Source of the DNA: Gammaproteobacteria bacterium
GTDB lineage: Bacteria > Pseudomonadota > Gammaproteobacteria > Natronospirales > REEB76
Direction of reading: 5' to 3'
Assembly: GCA_035465695.1 (NCBI GenBank)
Contig: DATIVR010000017.1
Coordinates: forward strand, 71 to 64,070
DNA length: 64,000 nucleotides
The notes beneath the pieces were generated by a model. That model saw only the letters and a list, made by a program, of their open reading frames with translations. It searched no databases and was not told the origin of the DNA. How positions within the stretch are numbered: position 1 is the stretch's first letter; the number at the start of each line of letters is the position of its first letter. Below, piece after piece: positions 34,505 through 42,760 of this stretch. The position numbers were made by a program, and so were the translations under genes.

Positions 34505-36960
34505 GCCTTGGCTGCGGCCTTGGAGGGGAAAGGATGCGTGCCAAGGTCCATCGGATCGAAGTCATCCACCGCCACGATCTCGGCGGTGAGCTCGTCGAGC
34601 CGGGCCATATCCGCGGCTTCCTTCGCGTCGATGACGCCGGCCCGTTGGGCCGCGGCGGCCACGGTCGCGCCGCGCGCCACCTCTAGCGTGCCCTTCTTCT
34701 CCGCCTCGCGGATGCGCCGCTCCACCGGCTCGAGCCTGGTGGCGAGATCGAGGGCTTCCTTGAACATCCCCACCGGCGTGGTGTGATCCCCGGTATAGGT
34801 GTTGCGGGTCAGCCGCTCACGGGACGGCCCCGGCATGGAGATGAGTTCGGCGATCTCGTGACCCAACAGGTCGGAAGGAGCCGAATACATGCGACCGCGC
34901 GGGAATATGAGGAAGCGCAGCACCGCTGCGACGAAGCGATTGGGGAAGTTGCGCAGGAAGGAATGCATCGATTCCTGCAGCCGATAGAGGGCGTCACGGC
35001 AGGCGTATTCCACGAGCGGCAGGTCCTCGGGCGGCCGGCCCTGGTCCTCGTAGCGTTTCAGCACCGACGAGGCTATGTACATGTAGCTCAGCATGTCGCC
35101 GAGGCGCGCCGAGAGCTTCTCCTTCTTCTTGAGCGAACCGCCGAGTGTCAGCATGGCGGCATCCGAGGCCAGTACGAACGCCGCGCTGAAGCGATTGATG
35201 TGCTGGTAGTAGCGCTCGGTGGGCGTGGCGATGTGCACGCGGGTGAGCTTGGCGCTGGTGAGCGCCATCCACAGCGAGCGGGCCGCATTGCTGAAGGCCA
35301 GCCCCATGTGTCCGAACAGCGCCGCATCGAACTCCAGTAACGCGCGGTGATGATCCTCATCGGCCGCCGCACGCATCTCTTTAAGCACATAAGGATGGCA
35401 GCGGATCGCGCCCTGGCCGTAGACCATCAGGTTACGGGTCAGGATGTTGGCGCCTTCCACCGTGATGGCGATGGGGATGGACTGATAGCCGCGGCCCAGG
35501 TAGTTCTTGGGGCCGAGCTGGATGCCCTTGCCGCCATGCATGTCCATGGCGTCGTTCCCCACCTGGCGTGCCATCTCGGTCACGTGCAGCTTGGAGATGG
35601 CGGCGCACACCGCGGGGGCTTCGCCCTGGTCGATGGCACCGGCGGTCATGGTGCGCACCGCCTCCATGGCATAGAGCGTACCGCCCATCCGGCCCAGCAC
35701 CTCGTCGATACCGTCGAAGCGCGCGATGGGCAGATGGAACTGCTTGCGCACACGCGCGTAGGCGCCGGTGGTGTAGACGCCGAGACGCGCGGCGCCGGTG
35801 GTGTTGGAAGGCAGCGAGATGGCGCGGCCGGCCCCCAGGCACTCCATCAGCATGCGCCAGCCGTGACCGGCGCGCGGCAGTCCGCCGATGATGAAATCCA
35901 GCGGGACGAAGACGTCCTTGCCCTGGGTCGGGCCGTTCTGGAATGGCAGGTTGAGCGGGAAGTGGCGGCGTCCGATGCTGATGCCCGGCAGGTGTGGCGG
36001 GATGAGCGCGCAGGTGATGCCGTAATCCTCTTTATCGCCGATGAGGTGGTCCGGGTCATAGAGCTTGAAGGCGAGACCGAGCACCGTCGCGACGGGCGCC
36101 AGCGTGATGTAGCGCTTGTTCCAATTCAAGCGCATCCCCACGATCTCCTTGCCCTCCCATGTGCCTTTGCACACTACGCCTGAGTCCTTGATGGCGGCGG
36201 CATCGGAGCCCGCGTCCGGCGCGGTAAGCGCGAAGCACGGCACATCCTCGCCCGAGGCGAGTCGCGGCAGGTAATGGTTCTTCTGCTCCTCGGTGCCGTA
36301 GCGCAGCAGGAGCTCGGCGGGTCCCAGCGAGTTCGGCACCGCCACGATGGAAGCGCAGGTGGCGCTGCGGGTGGCGATCTTGGCCAGTATCTCCGAGTTC
36401 GCCAGCGCCGAGAACTCGCGGCCGCCGTAGCGCTTGGGGATGATCATGGCGAAGAAGCCGTTCTTCTTCAGATAGTCCCAGGCTTGGGGGGGCAGGTCGC
36501 ACCATTCATGGGTGATCCGCCATTCATCCAGCATGGCGCAGAGCTCTTCCACTTCGTTGTCGAGGAAAGCCTGTTCCTCGCTGCTGATCCTCGGTGCCGG
36601 CGTGTTCAGCAGGCGCTTCCAGTTGGGACGGCCGCTGAAGAGTTCGCCGTCCCACCACACGGTGCCGGACTCGAGGGCGTCTGCCTCGGTCTGGGACATC
36701 TCCGGCATGATCTTGCGGAACACGTCCAACAGTGGCCTGGAGATGAGTGCCTGGCGGATGGTGGGGATGTTGAGCGGCAGGGCCAGGAGCAGGAACACCA
36801 GCCAGAACAGGAACTTCAGCCAATCCGGTCCGGTGCCCGCCACTTGATAGATGGCGAGAAACACCAGATAGGTGCCGCTGGCGATGAGCAGGGGCACCCG
36901 CTGGTAGGTGAGGACCAAGGTGCCGCCGATGAAGATGACGAGCCAAAGCAGGGTAAGCAT
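34501..36960 (-). CDS. fadE: Long-type acyl-CoA dehydrogenase
   Basis: 819 aa. An N-terminal membrane-associated segment, then ...SQTEADALESGTVWWDGELFSGRPNW... and the ACAD fold, co-linear with E. coli FadE (about 814 aa). Confidence 0.9.
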   Translation of the reverse strand: MLTLLWLVIFIGGTLVLTYQRVPLLIASGTYLVFLAIYQVAGTGPDWLKFLFWLVFLLLALPLNIPTIRQALISRPLLDVFRKIMPEMSQTEADALESGTVWWDGELFSGRPNWKRLLNTPAPRISSEEQAFLDNEVEELCAMLDEWRITHEWCDLPPQAWDYLKKNGFFAMIIPKRYGGREFSALANSEILAKIATRSATCASIVAVPNSLGPAELLLRYGTEEQKNHYLPRLASGEDVPCFALTAPDAGSDAAAIKDSGVVCKGTWEGKEIVGMRLNWNKRYITLAPVATVLGLAFKLYDPDHLIGDKEDYGITCALIPPHLPGISIGRRHFPLNLPFQNGPTQGKDVFVPLDFIIGGLPRAGHGWRMLMECLGAGRAISLPSNTTGAARLGVYTTGAYARVRKQFHLPIARFDGIDEVLGRMGGTLYAMEAVRTMTAGAIDQGEAPAVCAAISKLHVTEMARQVGNDAMDMHGGKGIQLGPKNYLGRGYQSIPIAITVEGANILTRNLMVYGQGAIRCHPYVLKEMRAAADEDHHRALLEFDAALFGHMGLAFSNAARSLWMALTSAKLTRVHIATPTERYYQHINRFSAAFVLASDAAMLTLGGSLKKKEKLSARLGDMLSYMYIASSVLKRYEDQGRPPEDLPLVEYACRDALYRLQESMHSFLRNFPNRFVAAVLRFLIFPRGRMYSAPSDLLGHEIAELISMPGPSRERLTRNTYTGDHTTPVGMFKEALDLATRLEPVERRIREAEKKGTLEVARGATVAAAAQRAGVIDAKEAADMARLDELTAEIVAVDDFDPMDLGTHPFPSKAAAKA

Positions 36961-36988
36961 GGGATCCCCATATATGCGCCGGCTGGAA

Positions 36989-37007
36989 CGGGTTAAATAT
37001 TAACCCG
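36989..37007. other. Perfect hairpin/palindrome CGGGTTAA-ATA-TTAACCCG between the thioesterase and fadE genes
   Basis: An 8-bp perfect arm pair flanked by self-complementary GCCGGC boxes at 36978-36983 and 37008-37013. It sits in the 55-nt gap directly upstream of the fadE ATG. It could be an operator, attenuator or processing site. Confidence 0.35.
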
Positions 37008-37015
37008 GCCGGCCC

Positions 37016-37438
37016 TTAGCCGCCCTTGAGTTTCTGCAGCAGTGCCGGCGGAAAGGCCACCGCCTTCTGCGCCTTGAAATCGAAGCAAACCACCCCGGTG
37101 CGGGCTTCCGCCACCACAGCCTGCGCTTTGCTCACTCTATAGAAGAATGTGCAGCTGCGGCTCTGGAACTCATCGCTTGCCACCTCGATGGTGAGGATGT
37201 CGCCGTAGAAGGCCTGGGAACGATAGACCACCGCAGCATCGGCGATCACGAAACCGACCCCGTCAGCGCCGATCTCATCGGCCCCCAGGGACCGGATATA
37301 CCGGCGGCGCGCCTCGTGGATCAGTCCCAGCACTTGGTCGTTACCGACGTGGTTGCCGTAGTTGAGGTCGCCGACCCGCACTTCCAGCGTGGTGCTGAAA
37401 GGGAAACGGGCGGGTAATTCGATCTCAACACGGACCAT
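37016..37438 (-). CDS. Hot-dog fold acyl-CoA thioesterase (4HBT/YbgC-like)
   Basis: 140 aa. ...VRVGDLNYGNHVGNDQVLGLIHEARRRYI... and a C-terminal beta-sheet pattern typical of 4HBT-type thioesterases. Confidence 0.8.
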   Translation of the reverse strand: MVRVEIELPARFPFSTTLEVRVGDLNYGNHVGNDQVLGLIHEARRRYIRSLGADEIGADGVGFVIADAAVVYRSQAFYGDILTIEVASDEFQSRSCTFFYRVSKAQAVVAEARTGVVCFDFKAQKAVAFPPALLQKLKGG

Positions 37439-37455
37439 GGCATACCTTATATAGA

Positions 37456-37481
37456 GAAAGGCCGCCTGGTGGCGGCCTTTC
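37456..37481 (-). terminator. Rho-independent terminator after mdh
   Basis: Minus strand GAAAGGCCGCC-ACCA-GGCGGCCTTTC (11-bp stem) followed by TCTATATAA. It starts 9 nt after the mdh stop. Confidence 0.72.
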
Positions 37482-37489
37482 GATTCGGC

Positions 37490-38479
37490 TCAGTTCGGGA
37501 GCAGGTCCTTCACGCCCTCGCGCTCCTCGCGCAGCTCCTGTTCGGTAGCCTGCATGCGCTGTCTGGAGAAGTCGTCGATCTTCAGGTTCTTGACGATCTT
37601 CCACTGGCCCTTGCTACAGGTGACGGGATAGCCGTAGATGATGCCCTTCTTGATGCCGTAGCTGCCGTCGGCCGGCACCGCCATGCTCACCCAGTCGCCC
37701 TTCGGCGTGCCCAGCGCCCAATCGCGCATGTGGTCTATGGCGGCGGAGGCGGCGGAGGCCGCCGAGGAGGCGCCACGGGCCTTGATGATGGCCGCGCCGC
37801 GCTGCTGCACCGTGGGGATGAAGTCGCTCTCGATCCAGATCTGATCCACCAGTTTGGCGGCGAGTTTGCCCTTCACCGTCGCCGAACGGATGTCCGGATA
37901 CTGGGTGGAGGAGTGGTTGCCCCAGATCGTCATGCGCTTGATGTCAGTGACGTGCTTGCCGGTCTTGGCGGCAAGCTGCGACATGGCGCGATTGTGGTCC
38001 AGACGCATCATGGCGCTGAAGTTCTTGGCGGGGATGCGCGGCGCGTTGGAGGACGCGATCAAGGCGTTGGTATTGGCGGGATTGCCCACCACCAGCACCT
38101 TCACGTTCTTCTTCGCCGCGGCATTCAATGCCTTGCCCTGGGCGGAGAAGATCTTGGCATTCTCCAGGAGCAGGTCCTTGCGCTCCATGCCGGGGCCGCG
38201 CGGGCGCGCGCCCACCAACAGGGCATAGTCGGCATCTTTGAACGCCACTTCAGCATTATCGGAGGCCACCACCCCCGCCAGCAGCGGGTAAGCGCCGTCG
38301 TTCAGTTCCATCACCACGCCGTTCAGGGCGGGCAGGGCGGGGGTCACTTCCAGGAGTTGCAAGATCACGGGTTGCTTGGGGCCCAGCATGTCGCCGGCGG
38401 CGATGCGGAAGATGAGCTGGTAGCCGATCTGACCGGCGGCGCCGGTGACGGCGACCCGGACGGGTTTCTTGTTAGCCAT
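37490..38479 (-). CDS. mdh: Malate dehydrogenase (LDH-like type 2, NAD-dependent)
   Basis: 329 aa with [29 protein letters not shown] and IWGNHS, near co-linear with proteobacterial type-2 Mdh. Confidence 0.95.
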   Translation of the reverse strand: MANKKPVRVAVTGAAGQIGYQLIFRIAAGDMLGPKQPVILQLLEVTPALPALNGVVMELNDGAYPLLAGVVASDNAEVAFKDADYALLVGARPRGPGMERKDLLLENAKIFSAQGKALNAAAKKNVKVLVVGNPANTNALIASSNAPRIPAKNFSAMMRLDHNRAMSQLAAKTGKHVTDIKRMTIWGNHSSTQYPDIRSATVKGKLAAKLVDQIWIESDFIPTVQQRGAAIIKARGASSAASAASAAIDHMRDWALGTPKGDWVSMAVPADGSYGIKKGIIYGYPVTCSKGQWKIVKNLKIDDFSRQRMQATEQELREEREGVKDLLPN

Positions 38480-38728
38480 GCGGTGAGACTCCGTGAATGC
38501 TGTGCGAGGGATTGCGCCAGGCGCGAAAGGGACGCGATTTTAGCACCCGCCTCGCGGCTGACTTCATCGGGATCTTCGCGGCCGCCCGTGGGCAGGACGG
38601 GACGGCGGGTGTCATATGGGTGTTATGGCCGAACCGCGCGAACACCTGTTCTCGCGCACATAATCAGGCTGTCGTGGCGGCCGTCAGATCAATCTAACCC
38701 TTTGTTTTACAAGACTAAATTAAACAAT

Positions 38729-38743
38729 GGAGAAATTTTCTCC
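38729..38743. promoter_or_regulatory. Inverted repeat GGAGAA-ATT-TTCTCC just upstream of the candidate -35
   Basis: A 6-bp perfect arm pair in a 33% G+C line (hand count of 38701-38760), 8 nt upstream of TTGCTT. Possible regulator site. Confidence 0.3.
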
Positions 38744-38750
38744 AGGACAC

Positions 38751-38778
38751 TTGCTTTCCCTGTGTTTGGTGTTATAGT
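38751..38778 (+). promoter_or_regulatory. Candidate sigma70 promoter with extended -10 for the repeat-protein/GntR cluster
   Basis: TTGCTT (38751-38756), a 16-nt spacer ending in TGT, then TATAGT (38773-38778), giving TGnTATAGT. About 70 nt upstream of the ATG at 38847. Confidence 0.45.
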
Positions 38779-38846
38779 TAGCTACAACACCACTACGGAA
38801 CGGCCCCGCTATCGGGACCGCAGGACAGAGAGAGAAGGAGAGTGCC

Positions 38847-39398
38847 ATGAACATGAATCGCATCGCCAAAGTGAGCGCCGCCGTTGCCTTAGGACTGGGT
38901 CTCCTGGGGGCGAGCCTGGCTGCCGACGCCGCCAGCGCCCGCAGCACCGCTGCCCGGTCCCAGAGTGGCGGCGTCGGCTATTCGTCTGCCTCCAGCAAGG
39001 TGATCCACTTAAACACCATCCTGGTGACCCGCGCCGACGTGGCAGGGATCGCCGAGCCGAAGGCTCAAGCGGCTTATGGCCGCACGGCCTACCTCGGCAG
39101 CATCCAGGTCACTGCCAGCGACAGCGCCGAAGCACGGGCTGCGGCTGCCAGCGTCAAGCCGGGTACGGTGTTCCTGGGAGCGGTGGTGGTCACCGCCAAG
39201 GACAGCGAAGAAGCTCGTTATGCCGTGGCCCAGGCCGCTGCTCAGCCGGGCACCGCCTTCCTCGGCACCGTGGAAGTCACCGCCCGGGACACCAAGCCGG
39301 CTTTCGTAGGCAAGACCGTCGTCGCCCTGCGCCGCATCGGCCGCAACGCCATGGTCTCCATGATCAGCGCGCTGGCCTTCGTGCGGGTAGGCGGCTAA
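38847..39398 (+). CDS. Small exported protein with four tandem TonB-box-like repeats and a hydrophobic C-terminal tail
   Basis: Strong SD AAGGAG 6 nt before the ATG. Signal peptide MNMNRIAKVSAAVALGLGLLGASLAA. Repeats: VIHLNTILVTRAD.., AYLGSIQVTASDSAEAR.., VFLGAVVVTAKDSEEAR.., AFLGTVEVTARD... Tail: AMVSMISALAFVRVGG. Confidence 0.75.
   Translation: MNMNRIAKVSAAVALGLGLLGASLAADAASARSTAARSQSGGVGYSSASSKVIHLNTILVTRADVAGIAEPKAQAAYGRTAYLGSIQVTASDSAEARAAAASVKPGTVFLGAVVVTAKDSEEARYAVAQAAAQPGTAFLGTVEVTARDTKPAFVGKTVVALRRIGRNAMVSMISALAFVRVGG
39000..39290 (+). repeat. Four in-frame tandem coding repeats of 27-29 aa (core [FYH]L[GN]x[IV]xVT[AR]xD)
   Basis: Residues 52-148 of the 183-aa protein. The repeats are clear at protein level but diverged at DNA level, so the duplication is not recent. 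Confidence 0.8.
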
Positions 39399-39418
39399 GG
39401 TAGCGGCGGGCTACTCAA

Positions 39419-39432
39419 CTATAGAGCTATAG
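39419..39432. promoter_or_regulatory. CTATAG-AG-CTATAG repeat of a self-complementary hexamer upstream of the GntR gene (candidate operator)
   Basis: It lies in the 44-nt gap between the repeat-protein stop and the GntR ATG, preceded by a small GTAGC-GGCGG-GCTAC hairpin. Function is inferred. Confidence 0.3.
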
Positions 39433-39442
39433 CAGCGAGGCT

Positions 39443-39817
39443 ATGGACATGGAACCGAACTGGAGCGACAACCAACCGATATACCGCCAACTGCGGGATC
39501 GGGTGGTGGCCATGATCCTCGAGGACGCCCTTAAGGAGGGCGACCCGCTGCCCTCCGTGCGCTCGGTAGCGGCCGAATATCAGATCAATCCACTCACGGT
39601 GCTGAAAGGCTACCAGTCGCTGGTGGATGAAGGCCTGGTGGAGAAGCGCCGCGGCCTGGGCATGTTCGTGAAGGAAGGCGCCCGCAAGAGCCTGATGAAG
39701 AACGAGCGTGAGCAGTTCCTGAAGGCGGAATGGCCGCAGATCCTGCAGCGTATACAGAGATTGGGGCTGGACCTGATGGAACTGGCCCGCGAAGCGGAAA
39801 AAGGAAGCAAGTCATGA
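39443..39817 (+). CDS. GntR-family transcriptional regulator, short YtrA-type
   Basis: 124 aa. PIYRQLRDRVVAMILEDALKEGDPLPSVRSVAAEYQINPLTVLKGYQSLVDEGLVEKRRGLGMFV is a winged HTH, followed by a short C-terminal helical tail (YtrA subfamily size). An alternative ATG lies at 39449. Confidence 0.88.
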   Translation: MDMEPNWSDNQPIYRQLRDRVVAMILEDALKEGDPLPSVRSVAAEYQINPLTVLKGYQSLVDEGLVEKRRGLGMFVKEGARKSLMKNEREQFLKAEWPQILQRIQRLGLDLMELAREAEKGSKS

Positions 39818-40671
39818 GCATGCTAGTCAAGGCCAGCGGCCTCACCAAGCGCTACGGCACCACCACCGCGCTGGACCACGTGGATTTCCAGATCGAAGAA
39901 GGTCGCATCGTGGGCCTGATCGGCCCCAATGGCGCGGGCAAGACCACGGCACTCAAGGCCATCCTCGGCCTCACCGAATTCGAGGGCGAGCTGGACGTGT
40001 TGGGCCATGACCCGCGCCAGGCCCGGCACAACCTGATGCGCGACGTCTGCTTCATCGCCGACGTGGCGGTGCTGCCGCGCTGGCTCAAGGTCAGCAATGC
40101 CATCGATTACGTGGAAGCAGTGCATCCCGGCTTCAGCCGCGAACGCGCCATGCACTTCCTCGATCGCACCAAGATCAAGCAGAAGTCCAAGGTAGGCGAA
40201 CTCTCCAAGGGCATGGTCACGCAGCTGCATCTGGCGCTGATCATGGCCATCGACGTGAAGCTCCTGGTGCTGGATGAACCGACCCTGGGTCTCGACATCC
40301 TGTACCGCAAGGAGTTCTACACCAGCCTGCTCAATGATTATTTCGACGGCCATCGCACCATCCTGGTCACCACCCACCAGGTGGAAGAGATCGAGAAGAT
40401 CCTGACTCATCTGATGTTCATCGACGGCGGCCGCGTCACCTTGGACCGCTCCATGGACGAGGTGGCGGAGGAATACACCGAGGTGCTGGTGGCCCAGGAC
40501 AAGGCCGCCGCCGCCCAGGCCATGAAACCACTCTACGAGCGCGAGGTGTTCGGCAAGAAGCTGTTCCTGTTCGAGGGTGTCTCGCGGGAGGAACTGGCCA
40601 AGCTCGGTGAGATCCACACCCCGAGTGTCGCCGACATCTTCGTGGCGAAGGTCAAAGGAGGCATGCAATGA
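39814..40671 (+). CDS. ABC transporter ATP-binding protein
   Basis: Start at ATG 39814 overlaps the GntR stop (ATGA). Walker A GPNGAGKTT, signature-like LSKGM, Walker B LLVLDEP and H-loop TTHQ. Confidence 0.92.
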   Translation: MSMLVKASGLTKRYGTTTALDHVDFQIEEGRIVGLIGPNGAGKTTALKAILGLTEFEGELDVLGHDPRQARHNLMRDVCFIADVAVLPRWLKVSNAIDYVEAVHPGFSRERAMHFLDRTKIKQKSKVGELSKGMVTQLHLALIMAIDVKLLVLDEPTLGLDILYRKEFYTSLLNDYFDGHRTILVTTHQVEEIEKILTHLMFIDGGRVTLDRSMDEVAEEYTEVLVAQDKAAAAQAMKPLYEREVFGKKLFLFEGVSREELAKLGEIHTPSVADIFVAKVKGGMQ

Positions 40672-41627
40672 AAGCCGGTGCCATGCAGGTCAACAAGATG
40701 CTCATCCGCCGGGAGTTCTGGGAGAACCGCTCGCTGTGGATCGTGTCGGTGGCGGTGGCAGGCATCCTCACCTTGCTCTCCGTCTACATGCTGGTGGCCA
40801 TACTCATCGGCCACAACCAGACCGTAAACAATGTGGATTTCGCCAACGGCGCGCACTTCCAGATAGACCAGCTGCCGGACTTTCGCGATGCCGACTCCGA
40901 TGCGGCCAACGCCTTCATGCGTATCGGTACCCTGACGCTGGGAGCGATGTTCAGCTTCATCATGCAGATCGTGGTGTTCTTCTACCTGCTGGACAGTCTG
41001 TACGCGGACCGCCGCGACCGCAGCATCCTCTTCTGGCGCTCCATGCCGGTGTCGGACGCCCGCACCGTGCTGGCCAAGCTCGCCACCGCCCTGCTCAGCG
41101 TCACCGCCATCACCTTCGTGGTGACCATCGCCTTCGAGTTGGTGCTGGTGGTGTTGGGGCTGATCCTGGGGTCGGTGATGGGCACGCATCCCTTCGCGCT
41201 GTTGGCCCATCCCTGGGCCTTCATCAGCGCCTGGTTGTTGCTGGCCTATGGGCTGATCGTCGCGGCCATCTGGTACCTGCCGTTCTACGGGTGGTACATG
41301 CTGGCCTCTAGCTGGGCCAAGAAGGCTCCGTTCCTGTGGGCGGTGCTGGTGCCGGTGGGCATCATGGGCGCCGAGGGCTGGGTGTTCCATACCGCCAACT
41401 TCGCCCGGATGATCTGGGGCTACAAGCAGCGCTGGCTCACCCTGGCTTTCAACGTCGACCCGCTACACATGAAACACAGCCTGGACGACGTGACCCTGGG
41501 CTCCGTGTTCACCATCGGTAACCTGGGAGAGCTGTTCGCGAGCCCCAGCCTGTGGGTCGGTCTCGCGGTGGCAGCGGCATTCATCTACGGCGCCATCTGG
41601 CTGCGCCGCAAGCGCAACGAGATCTGA
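40668..41627 (+). CDS. Polytopic membrane protein, probable permease partner of the ABC ATPase (ABC-2-like)
   Basis: Its ATG overlaps the ABC stop (ATGA, 40668-40671). About 6 hydrophobic helices. The LYADRRDRSILFWRSMPVS segment resembles the conserved loop of ABC-2 permeases. The family call is tentative. Confidence 0.68.
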   Translation: MKAGAMQVNKMLIRREFWENRSLWIVSVAVAGILTLLSVYMLVAILIGHNQTVNNVDFANGAHFQIDQLPDFRDADSDAANAFMRIGTLTLGAMFSFIMQIVVFFYLLDSLYADRRDRSILFWRSMPVSDARTVLAKLATALLSVTAITFVVTIAFELVLVVLGLILGSVMGTHPFALLAHPWAFISAWLLLAYGLIVAAIWYLPFYGWYMLASSWAKKAPFLWAVLVPVGIMGAEGWVFHTANFARMIWGYKQRWLTLAFNVDPLHMKHSLDDVTLGSVFTIGNLGELFASPSLWVGLAVAAAFIYGAIWLRRKRNEI

Positions 41628-41658
41628 TCTCTCAATATATAGATAACGGAGCCCATAC

Positions 41659-41985
41659 ATGCGACGCATCCTCGTGACCCTGACTCTCTGTGCGGCCGTG
41701 GCCAACCTGGGCGGCTGTGTGCTGGCCCTCGGCAACGGCGGCGGCGACGATTCCAACTGGAGTTCCTCGGAACATCGGGACACCAGCCTGGCCCGCGCCA
41801 TCCGCTCCGGCCTGGACGCTGACCCGGCGACGCACGAAGCGGACCTCAGCGTCTCGACCGACGGCGGCCGCGTGTATCTGCACGGCACGGTGCATGCGCC
41901 TGAGACGCTGGAGAAAGCGGTACAGATCGCGCTGGCCAACCCGGATACCACCAGCGTGCGTTGTCATATCGATGTGATCCGCTGA
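41659..41985 (+). CDS. BON-domain lipoprotein
   Basis: 108 aa with lipobox NLGGC. LARAIRSGLDADPATHEADLSVSTDGGRVYLHGTVHAPETLEKAVQIA is a BON-domain pattern. GGAG SD 7 nt upstream. Confidence 0.8.
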   Translation: MRRILVTLTLCAAVANLGGCVLALGNGGGDDSNWSSSEHRDTSLARAIRSGLDADPATHEADLSVSTDGGRVYLHGTVHAPETLEKAVQIALANPDTTSVRCHIDVIR

Positions 41986-42010
41986 CGACCTCGGCTCGGG
42001 AGTTGCGCCC

Positions 42011-42760
42011 ATGAAGCACATCGCCGCTTTGTTGTTGCTATCGGCCCTGCCCCTGGCCGCCCATGCAGAGCCGACGTCCTCCATGCCGCGGATCCTGAAG
42101 TCGGAACTGGCTGCCACCGGCATCAACGGCGTGGCCTTGGAAGTGGGGGTGGGTGAACTGCACGTCACCACGTCCAATGACGACAAGGTGCATGTGCAAG
42201 TGACCTTGCGCCACAAGGAACGTCAGTTCCTGTGGTTCTTCCACTGGATGGACGGTGGCAGCGCGAGCCAGATCGCCGCGGCCACGATCCAACAGAAGCG
42301 CGGCGGTGACCGCCTGACGTTGTCGCTCAGCTATCCCCACAGCGGCGATGACGACATGAAGCAGGAATGGGATGTACAGATACCACCACGCCTGAGGCTC
42401 GACGCCACCATGGAGGTGGGCGACCTCGGGGTGGATGGCGTGAGCGGTGGCGTGACTGCCAGGCTCAATGTGGGTGAGGTGAGCATCGATGTGCCGCAGG
42501 GCAGCATCGACGCCAGCGTGGATGTGGGCGAGATCCGCGCCAAGACCGCCACCGCCAAACGTGGGAAGATCCAGCTCATCACTAACATCGGCGACGCGAT
42601 GCTGGTGATACAGGGTTCCGAGAGCGGCTATCATGACCACGGCGGTCTTGGCACCCGGGTGTCCTTGGACGGTTCCGGTCCCGACGCAGTGCAACTCAAG
42701 GTCAACATCGGCGACGTGTCCTTGCACGTGACGCCGGCGGATAAGGAAATAACCAGATGA
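42011..42760 (+). CDS. Exported Toastrack/DUF4097-like protein (paralog A)
   Basis: Signal peptide ...LPLAAHA. Repeated G[DE][VIL].[VI] rungs (VGELHVTT, VGDLGVDG, VGEVSIDV, VGEIRAKT, IGDAMLVI, IGDVSLHV). Confidence 0.7.
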   Translation: MKHIAALLLLSALPLAAHAEPTSSMPRILKSELAATGINGVALEVGVGELHVTTSNDDKVHVQVTLRHKERQFLWFFHWMDGGSASQIAAATIQQKRGGDRLTLSLSYPHSGDDDMKQEWDVQIPPRLRLDATMEVGDLGVDGVSGGVTARLNVGEVSIDVPQGSIDASVDVGEIRAKTATAKRGKIQLITNIGDAMLVIQGSESGYHDHGGLGTRVSLDGSGPDAVQLKVNIGDVSLHVTPADKEITR

